Shown one piece after another: positions 56,952 through 64,000 of a stretch of 64,000 bases of DNA (positions are counted from its first letter, which is position 1; the number at the start of each line of letters is the position of its first letter). The notes beneath the pieces were generated by a model. That model searched no databases. It saw nothing but the letters and a program-made list of their open reading frames with translations, and was not told the origin of the DNA. Source of the DNA: Bdellovibrionales bacterium (lineage in GTDB: Bacteria > Bdellovibrionota > Bdellovibrionia > Bdellovibrionales > UBA1609); the NCBI GenBank assembly GCA_965199825.1, contig OZ241329.1, positions 1,952,001 to 2,016,000 on the forward strand, written 5' to 3'. A program made the position numbers and the translations under genes.

Positions 56952-59447
56952 ATGATGGAATGGATCGGGCTGTTTAATCAATCAAACGAAATGCACCGTG
57001 CTGCGGTGTTAGGTTGTGTTGCGGTGGTATTGATCATCGGGTACACGGGCGCACCCTTTTGGCTTTGGGCACTTTGCGCCATTGTCGCCTGTGTTGGCTT
57101 TGATGCTCCTTTAGTGCTGACTGTCGCGTTGGCGGTTGTTTCTGCGGTTTTTGTGATCACCCCAATTCGTCGAGCGCTAGTTTCGAGCTTGGTGATGAAG
57201 GCGATGAAGGCCCTCCAGCTGATTCCAAAAATCTCACAGACCGAGCGCACCGCTTTAGAAGCGGGTGTTGTGTGGTCTGAAGCTGAGCTTTTTTCGGGCA
57301 AGCCCAACTTTAAAAAGATCATGAGTCAGCCGTACACCGATCTTTCGGTTGAAGAAAAAGCATTTATGAACAACGAAGTCGAGCAACTGTGTTCGATGAT
57401 CGATGATTATGAAATGTATCGCACCAAGGAAATGTCGCCTGAGGTTTTTGATTTTATAAAGAAAAAAGGTTTTTTAGGAATGATCATTCCTAAAACTTAT
57501 GGCGGGCTTGGATTTTCACATTCGGCCCACAGCGCGGTGATCCAAAAATTATCCTCTCGCTCGGCTGCGATTGGCATCTATGTGATGGTTCCAAACTCTT
57601 TAGGACCTGCAGAACTTTTAAATCACTATGGGACCGAAGCTCAGAAGAATAAATATTTGACCCGGCTTGCACGCGGCGAAGAGGTACCTTGTTTTGGTCT
57701 GACCGAACCGATGGCAGGCTCTGATGCGGGCTCAATCACCTCTGATGGTGTGTTGTTTAAGGGCGAAGACGGCAAACTTTATATTCGACTCAACTGGAAC
57801 AAACGTTGGATCACACTTGCCGCAATTTCGACTTTGATTGGCTTAGCATTTCGTTTAAGAGATCCACAAAATCTTTTGGGCAAAGGTGAAGATCTCGGAA
57901 TCACTTGTGCTCTGATCCCAGCAAATTTACCAGGGGTGACTCTCGGTCGCCGGCATGATCCTTTGGGTGTGGCTTTTCATAATTGCCCAATGCAAGGAAA
58001 AGACGTCGTTGTAAATGCCGAAGATTGCATCATTGGCGGACTTGAAGGCGCGGGCAAGGGTTGGGAAATGTTAATGGAATGTCTTGCGGCAGGCCGCGGA
58101 ATTTCACTTCCTGCTCAAGCTGCGGGAGCAATCAAACTTGCGGTTCGGGTAACCAGCGCTCATGCAACCATCCGTAAACAATTTGGTGTTTCGATCGGAA
58201 AATTTGAAGGTGTTGAAGAGCCTTTGGCTCGCATTGCCGGTACCAATTACTTTTTAGAAGCTATGCGCAAATATGTTTTAAGTGCGCTTGATCAAGGCCT
58301 TAAACCACCCGTTGTCACAGCGATTGCTAAGTACAATGCGACCGAGCTTGCTCGTAAAGTGTTGAACGATGGTATGGATGTGATGGGTGGAGCGGGCATT
58401 TCGATGGGTCCTCGAAATACTTTGGCGATTTCATATATCGGTTTACCCATCAGTATCACGGTTGAAGGAGCAAATATTTTGACTCGAACACTGATTGTGT
58501 TTGGTCAAGGTGCGCTTCGCGCTCATCCCTTTGCATTTAAAGAAGTGAATGCGATCGAAAAAAATGATGTGGTCTCTTTTGACCAAGCATTTTGGGGTCA
58601 TATCGGCCATGTGGTTCGCAATTCATTTCGTTCGGTTGTGTTGTCTGTGACACGCGGATACTTTGCCTTTGTTCCTGGCGGGAGCGAAACACGAAGACAT
58701 TTTCAGCGCTTGGCTTGGGCTTCTGCAAGCTTTGCGATTCTTGCCGATTTAGGTATGGGACTGTTGGGCGGAAAATTAAAAATTAAAGAAAAACTGACCG
58801 GCCGTTATGCCGATGTTTTGTCTTGGATGTTTATTGCTTCTTCAACCTTGAGACGTTTTGAAGCCGAAGGTCGTCGCAAAGAAGATTTACCATTTTTAAA
58901 TTTTGCGATGCAGACCGCATTTCATAATATGCAAATTGGTTTTGACGGCATCTATAAAAATATGGATGTGCCAGTGATCGGTTTGTTTTTTAGATTTATC
59001 ATGGGGGGCTGGTCAGGAATTAATATTCTTGGTGGTGAGCCTTCCGATAAAACCACTCATGAGATCGCAAGCTTGATGCTCAAACAAAGTGATCAGCGCG
59101 AGCGATTTACCGATGGGATTTATATTTCAAAAGATCCTAACGATGGCTTGGGCCGCTTAGAGCAGGCTTTTCAAGCGGTGCATAAGGCTGAGCAAATTGA
59201 TAAAAAAATTCGCGCAGCCGTGACCGCAAAAATTTTGGCCAAGAAAAAAGGGCCACAGTTGATCGAAGATGCATTGGCTAAGGGTGTAATCACCGCGGCA
59301 GAGAAACAAACTTATCTCGATGCCGAAAAACTTCGCTACGACGCCATCTTGGTCGATGACTACACCGAAGCCGAATATGTTCATCCTCATCGCGCTCAGA
59401 CTCCACTTAAAATGGCGAGTAACGACACCACCTCCACTCGCAACTAA
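56952..59447 (+). CDS. fadE: Acyl-CoA dehydrogenase FadE (long form)
   Basis: ISQTERTALEAG, VMVPNSLGPAELL, PCFGLTEP, KRWITLA, ITVEGANILTR. Confidence 0.93.
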   Translation: MMEWIGLFNQSNEMHRAAVLGCVAVVLIIGYTGAPFWLWALCAIVACVGFDAPLVLTVALAVVSAVFVITPIRRALVSSLVMKAMKALQLIPKISQTERTALEAGVVWSEAELFSGKPNFKKIMSQPYTDLSVEEKAFMNNEVEQLCSMIDDYEMYRTKEMSPEVFDFIKKKGFLGMIIPKTYGGLGFSHSAHSAVIQKLSSRSAAIGIYVMVPNSLGPAELLNHYGTEAQKNKYLTRLARGEEVPCFGLTEPMAGSDAGSITSDGVLFKGEDGKLYIRLNWNKRWITLAAISTLIGLAFRLRDPQNLLGKGEDLGITCALIPANLPGVTLGRRHDPLGVAFHNCPMQGKDVVVNAEDCIIGGLEGAGKGWEMLMECLAAGRGISLPAQAAGAIKLAVRVTSAHATIRKQFGVSIGKFEGVEEPLARIAGTNYFLEAMRKYVLSALDQGLKPPVVTAIAKYNATELARKVLNDGMDVMGGAGISMGPRNTLAISYIGLPISITVEGANILTRTLIVFGQGALRAHPFAFKEVNAIEKNDVVSFDQAFWGHIGHVVRNSFRSVVLSVTRGYFAFVPGGSETRRHFQRLAWASASFAILADLGMGLLGGKLKIKEKLTGRYADVLSWMFIASSTLRRFEAEGRRKEDLPFLNFAMQTAFHNMQIGFDGIYKNMDVPVIGLFFRFIMGGWSGINILGGEPSDKTTHEIASLMLKQSDQRERFTDGIYISKDPNDGLGRLEQAFQAVHKAEQIDKKIRAAVTAKILAKKKGPQLIEDALAKGVITAAEKQTYLDAEKLRYDAILVDDYTEAEYVHPHRAQTPLKMASNDTTSTRN

Positions 59448-59453
59448 TCTTAT

Positions 59454-59482
59454 TCCCCGTCTCGTTTGATGACGGGGGTTTT
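59454..59482 (+). terminator. Rho-independent terminator
   Basis: CCCCGTC-loop-GACGGGG followed by GTTTT after fadE. Confidence 0.78.
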
Positions 59483-59556
59483 AAACCCATGCTGTATTAG
59501 CCATTGACTAACTCGTGTTGGCGCTATGGAATTCAGATTTTCAGCATGGGGGCGCT

Positions 59557-60864
59557 ATGGTCGAAGTTCATCTACAAAATCATTCCTCAGTCATCATCAC
59601 GATAGGCTCTACAAAAATTTTGTTTGATCCTTGGTATATGGGATCATGTTTTGATGGCGGATGGGGTCTGCGTTTTAATAATGAGGATGCCTTTGAAAAT
59701 GTGAAGGCTTGTGAGTACCTCTGGATTTCTCACTTTCATCCCGATCACTACCACGTCCCCACATTAAAAAAGATTTTGGAAATTCATCCCGATATTAAAT
59801 TTATCGGCAATAGCTCTTACAACTTTCAGCTCGACAATGCGGCAAAAAGTTTGGGCTTTAAGAATGTAATTCCAATCTATGAGCGAAAACCTTTAAGGCT
59901 TTCAAATGATATTGAGATCACCCGGTTTCCTGTGACCGGGACAGACAATATGCTGCTGATTCAATCGCCAGAGGTCACCATCTTGAATTACAATGACTGC
60001 GTGCTGCCCGCGAATGCTCGCAAGGTGATTGCCAAAAAAATAGGTTCCATCGATATTTTTCTAAATAATTTTAATCATGCTGGAAAACTTTTAAAACAGT
60101 CGCTGCCCACCGATCAAAAGATGCGGCAAATGCTGCTCTCAAATTACAATCATCAATTTACTCCATTTGCCCCAAGATGGGCGATCCCATTTGCCTCGCA
60201 TCACTACTACCGCGCCCCCGAGAGCACAGAGCAAAATTCTTCGCTCATTACCCCCGATGATTTAACTGTTTTGAGCGATTCGATTATTTCGCTGAAAATT
60301 GGGCAATCGCTAGTTTTTGATCCCGCGACCAAACAAGTTTTGTTGAAGCCAGTGTCGGATAGGGTATCGCTCAATCCCGAAGAGGTTCTTGAGCGCAACA
60401 CCATCTATGACCTTGATGATCTTGAAAGTGCAGGACGAGAATATGCCCAAAAGCTGAGTCGAGGATTTCCACTTCTTCCGCGGCTTTTAAGACCGCTCAA
60501 TATTTTTATCACTGATATTGGCCAGGCGATCTCGTTTCATCCTATCAAGGGAGTTCAAAGCATTACGGCCTCTAAAGAAGAGTGTGATATCAGTGCTAAG
60601 AGTGAGGCCCTTTATCGCTGGTTTACCAAAAGATATGGAGCAGACAGTTTTATAGTTGGAGCTCATTTTACTATTCACACCAATCGCATTTCTCATATCA
60701 AATGGTACATCATCTGCATTATGCTCTTTGATAATCGTTTGGATTTGAGATCAATTCTAAAAATGTTGTTCACCTCCAAAGGAATGGCATTTTTGCTTAA
60801 CCGCAGAGAAGAAATTTTAGGCATTTTAACATCGGGCGAGATTACGCCTGAATATCAGCGCTAA
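59557..60864 (+). CDS. Metallo-beta-lactamase fold protein (UlaG/CMAH-like)
   Basis: FDPW..GSCF..GW, WISHFHPDHYH, LNYNDC, IPFAS. Confidence 0.8.
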   Translation: MVEVHLQNHSSVIITIGSTKILFDPWYMGSCFDGGWGLRFNNEDAFENVKACEYLWISHFHPDHYHVPTLKKILEIHPDIKFIGNSSYNFQLDNAAKSLGFKNVIPIYERKPLRLSNDIEITRFPVTGTDNMLLIQSPEVTILNYNDCVLPANARKVIAKKIGSIDIFLNNFNHAGKLLKQSLPTDQKMRQMLLSNYNHQFTPFAPRWAIPFASHHYYRAPESTEQNSSLITPDDLTVLSDSIISLKIGQSLVFDPATKQVLLKPVSDRVSLNPEEVLERNTIYDLDDLESAGREYAQKLSRGFPLLPRLLRPLNIFITDIGQAISFHPIKGVQSITASKEECDISAKSEALYRWFTKRYGADSFIVGAHFTIHTNRISHIKWYIICIMLFDNRLDLRSILKMLFTSKGMAFLLNRREEILGILTSGEITPEYQR

Positions 60865-62597
60865 TGACCGATCTAAAAACGATTTCTTTTTTTAAAAATT
60901 TTGATCCCGCGTTTTTAAAAGTGATCGAGGGGATTGTCGATGAGCAAACAGTTCATGTTGGTGAATCTCTCTTAAAACAAAACCAAATCAATGAACGGCT
61001 GTTTTTTTTAATTAGCGGAAAACTCCAAGTCTGGGTGGATGACCAACCCGTCCGAGTTTCTGAAACTTTCGGGGATATGTTTGGTGAGATGAGCCTCATC
61101 TCGCAAAAGCCGGTGGGCGCAAGTATCACATCGCTACTGGATTCTCAGGTGATTTCGTTTCCGATTGGAATCTTGGCAGCCGAAATTCAACAACAGATTT
61201 TTGCCGGATTTTCAGAAATCTTGGTGCAAAAGCTTGAGGCAACCAATCAAAAAGCCAAATTTTTTGAGCAAACAAATATCGAACTCGAAAAAACAAAGGG
61301 CGAACTGACCGAACTCAACCACAGCCTTGAACAAAAGGTCGAGCTGCGAACCGCCGACCTCGAATTAAAAAGACGACTCCTTTTAGAAAATAACCAAAAA
61401 TTAGAAAATCAAAATATCGAACTGAGCTTAAGCCAGCGAAAATTTGATCAACTCTATACGGACCGCAATCTGACTCTTGATCAGCTCGAAAAACTTTATA
61501 AGGATCACCTTTTACCACTGCAGTTTAGTTTTGATTTCTTAAAAAATCATACCGACGCCGAGGTCAAAGATTCAATCATCGAGGCCTCAAAAGAATTAGA
61601 TCAAATTGTTCATTTGCTTGAGCCCATGAACACCCAGATCTCTATCGAGAGAACAGTCAAGTCTCGACGGGTTTTGTTTGCCGAGCCCAATAAAAAGCAA
61701 CAGCTGGTTGCGCGCTTGGCCTTGGGTGGTACGGGCGTTCGGGTGGATGTGGTTGCAAACTTTGATGAGGCAAAAGATCTTTTTGCTCAGCATTTGTATG
61801 ACATCGTGTTTTTTCATCCCGACTGCGTCGATGTGGTGACTCGAGCTCTCGAACTCAACCCTCTGGTTCAAATTGTATTGCTCACTTCGGAACTGATCGT
61901 TGATCTTATTCCTCAGATTTTGAATTATTCTTTTTCACCCAATATTGTTTCGCGTTCAGAAGAAAATAAGTTTTTTTCGATCAAGAATATCAGCACCACT
62001 TTAATGAAATTGGCATCGAGAGAAATTTTTGGGCTCGACAAATATCTCAATTGGGGAGCCGAAGTTCACACTCGCGCTGTGACCTCGAGCGGACAAAGGT
62101 CGATGCTCCAAAAAGATGTCGACGATTACATGGCCAATTTAGGAATTCGAAAAACCATACGCGAAAAAAGTCTGAATGTGCTCGAAGAGCTTTTAATGAA
62201 TGCGATCTATGATGCACCCACCGATTCCAGCGGTAAAAACCTCTACAATCATCATTTGCGAACGGTTGCGATAGAACTCACACCCGATCAGCAAAGCGAG
62301 CTGAGCTTTGCCTCTGATGGTGTGGTGATGGCTATTTCGGTTCGAGATCCTTTTGGCAGTTTGTCGATGGATGTGATTTTGAACTACCTTAAAAGCTGCT
62401 ACGAGGGTCGAGCCGGAAGTCTCAATCAACACAAAGGTGGGGCGGGACGGGGTCTACATCAGATTATTGAAAACTCAGATCTGGTGGTATTTAACATTCA
62501 TCCCCGTCAGCAGACCGAGGTCATTGCCATTTTTAGCGTGGATCCTAAGGAGGCGGTGGCCCCTTTTGCTTCCTTTCATCTTTTTATCGCTAAATAG
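60864..62597 (+). CDS. cNMP-binding / coiled-coil / receiver-like / GHKL ATPase-like signalling protein
   Basis: GDMFGEMSL (cNMP), LEQKVELRT coil, [11 protein letters not shown] (N box), VRDPFG, GAGRGL. Confidence 0.8.
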   Translation: MTDLKTISFFKNFDPAFLKVIEGIVDEQTVHVGESLLKQNQINERLFFLISGKLQVWVDDQPVRVSETFGDMFGEMSLISQKPVGASITSLLDSQVISFPIGILAAEIQQQIFAGFSEILVQKLEATNQKAKFFEQTNIELEKTKGELTELNHSLEQKVELRTADLELKRRLLLENNQKLENQNIELSLSQRKFDQLYTDRNLTLDQLEKLYKDHLLPLQFSFDFLKNHTDAEVKDSIIEASKELDQIVHLLEPMNTQISIERTVKSRRVLFAEPNKKQQLVARLALGGTGVRVDVVANFDEAKDLFAQHLYDIVFFHPDCVDVVTRALELNPLVQIVLLTSELIVDLIPQILNYSFSPNIVSRSEENKFFSIKNISTTLMKLASREIFGLDKYLNWGAEVHTRAVTSSGQRSMLQKDVDDYMANLGIRKTIREKSLNVLEELLMNAIYDAPTDSSGKNLYNHHLRTVAIELTPDQQSELSFASDGVVMAISVRDPFGSLSMDVILNYLKSCYEGRAGSLNQHKGGAGRGLHQIIENSDLVVFNIHPRQQTEVIAIFSVDPKEAVAPFASFHLFIAK

Positions 62598-62638
62598 AAG
62601 TTGCGTTTTTTGCGCCACCAATGTTACCCCAAGTGTCT

Positions 62639-62890
62639 ATGAAAAAAGAAATCCACCCCGAATTTAAGCTTGTTGTTTTTAAAGATGTTTCTTGCGATTA
62701 CGCGCTGTTGACCAAGTCCACAATGCGCTCAAAAGAAATGATCACATGGGAAGACGGCAAAGAGTACCCTTTGGTTAAGGTGGATATTTCGAGTCATTCT
62801 CATCCTTTCTTTACCGGCAAACAACGTATGGCAGACACCGAAGGCCGTGCCGAAAAATTCAAAAAGAAATACGGCAAAAAAGAAGCTTAA
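62639..62890 (+). CDS. rpmE: 50S ribosomal protein L31 type B
   Basis: [32 protein letters not shown]; 83 aa, no CxxC pairs. Confidence 0.95.
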   Translation: MKKEIHPEFKLVVFKDVSCDYALLTKSTMRSKEMITWEDGKEYPLVKVDISSHSHPFFTGKQRMADTEGRAEKFKKKYGKKEA

Positions 62891-63999
62891 GGGCGGCTTA
62901 GCGCTTTTTGGCAATCATCCAAAAATAATTCCTTTGGTATTTCTGTAAGGTGGAGACTTAATGTTTCTGCTAGAAGTTTTGCGGCGGTGAGCAATGCAAT
63001 ATCATTGTTGGTATTGTGTTGGGCTGCTTCAATCACCTGATTTTGATACTTTATAAACTGGGTGAGTGAGGGATGTATCGGCATTATTTCAAGTTGATGA
63101 CCGAGAATCCTAAAATTTGGCAGATTCGAAATTCGCTTTTTAAAATCGGTGAGTGAGACTCGTTGATTTTGCAACTCCATGATCAAATGAGACAGATTGA
63201 GCAGCGCCAAAAGGGGATGATCCCCATTTTGTTGTTTTTTAAAAAATTGCTCGACTGATTTCGAGGCAATGATCTCGGTATAAGTTTTTAAGAGGATATC
63301 TGACCTTTGTGTTTTTAAAGATCTCTCGTCGGGCAAATAAGGAGTGCAATCCAATGTTCGAAGGAATCGACCCTTTAAAAAAATTGCCACCTTTGAGTGG
63401 GCCTGTGCCATTGTGATTTGGCCAGAGCCCCATTCGTATTGAAAGCCCACAACTTGGCGAATTTCGACTCCAGGTTTTTTGTTTACAACCGCATTCAATA
63501 TTAGGCTTAAAAGTTTTGAGCTATCACGGCATTGAAAACAGGTTTCTCCCTCCTCATTGAGGTATACTTTAAGATCCGATAAACTATTTTTATTTTCTAC
63601 CTCTTGAGGCGTTGCGAGATAACTGTATTTCGACGTCGTTTGAATGGCGCCCACTATTTTTTCAAGGTTCAATTGATCTTGGATTTGAAGCCATTCGAGT
63701 TGGTCGGCCAATGCGCTAAATCCTAATTGCTGCAGTTCGCGTATGACTTTAATCACCTTTTGTTTTGATAGGGTGAGGAGATCTTGATTCTCTGGCGGGT
63801 CATCGGGAATCAGCTGAATCTGAAACGTAATTGCTCCATCAAAGGAATCAAAACCTTTTACCAATTGGATATAAACTTCTTTTGTTGTTTGATTTTGGAC
63901 GATCTCAAGTTCTGGTGGAGAGTTCGAAAACTGCCAATTTATCGCCTTCAATCCGGGCGGGGTGGGAACACCTATTGTTTGATCATGTTTGTTAAGCTG
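62887..63999 (-). CDS. Hypothetical protein, 5' end outside window
   Basis: Frame stays open upstream of the tracked TTG at 63951 to the window edge ([22 protein letters not shown]...). Confidence 0.7.
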   Translation of the reverse strand, partial: QLNKHDQTIGVPTPPGLKAINWQFSNSPPELEIVQNQTTKEVYIQLVKGFDSFDGAITFQIQLIPDDPPENQDLLTLSKQKVIKVIRELQQLGFSALADQLEWLQIQDQLNLEKIVGAIQTTSKYSYLATPQEVENKNSLSDLKVYLNEEGETCFQCRDSSKLLSLILNAVVNKKPGVEIRQVVGFQYEWGSGQITMAQAHSKVAIFLKGRFLRTLDCTPYLPDERSLKTQRSDILLKTYTEIIASKSVEQFFKKQQNGDHPLLALLNLSHLIMELQNQRVSLTDFKKRISNLPNFRILGHQLEIMPIHPSLTQFIKYQNQVIEAAQHNTNNDIALLTAAKLLAETLSLHLTEIPKELFLDDCQKALSRP

Positions 64000-64000
64000 A

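Noticed and set aside
63949..63951. TTG at 63951 as the start of the last gene
   Set aside because: The frame is open to the window edge and no SD precedes it

Overview
Gene-dense, moderately AT-rich bacterial chromosome segment. Gene content suggests Bdellovibrionota (inference): zapA-ygfA-rny-tyrS-ferredoxin order, AgmX/GltJ-type and vWA/TSP3 lipoproteins, stand-alone rpsD, and many lineage-specific secreted proteins. Most of the window is housekeeping: RNase Y, TyrRS, S14/S4/L31B, IscA/IscS, three acyl-CoA dehydrogenases, PepA, PdxJ/GloB, ppx plus a full pstSCAB-phoU-phoBR operon, GreA, SohB, MutM and TrmO. No integrase, transposase, cas or reverse transcriptase gene is visible. Five signals stand out. 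(1) A NYN/LabA nuclease gene sits directly before a tRNA-Arg(UCG), which is followed by three tandem ~116-bp multi-hairpin repeats whose 3' arm is complementary to the tRNA CCA end plus trailer. (2) A small cluster encodes a 67-72-aa repeat family I do not recognise. (3) A vWA/TSP3/PKD-like lipoprotein cluster has two sigma54-type promoters. (4) Unrelated hypothetical proteins share a C-terminal C-x-[EK]-hydrophobic-L motif. (5) Many genes have a leaderless-type -10 box 6-8 nt before the ATG. All family assignments come from motif recognition by eye; no searches were run.
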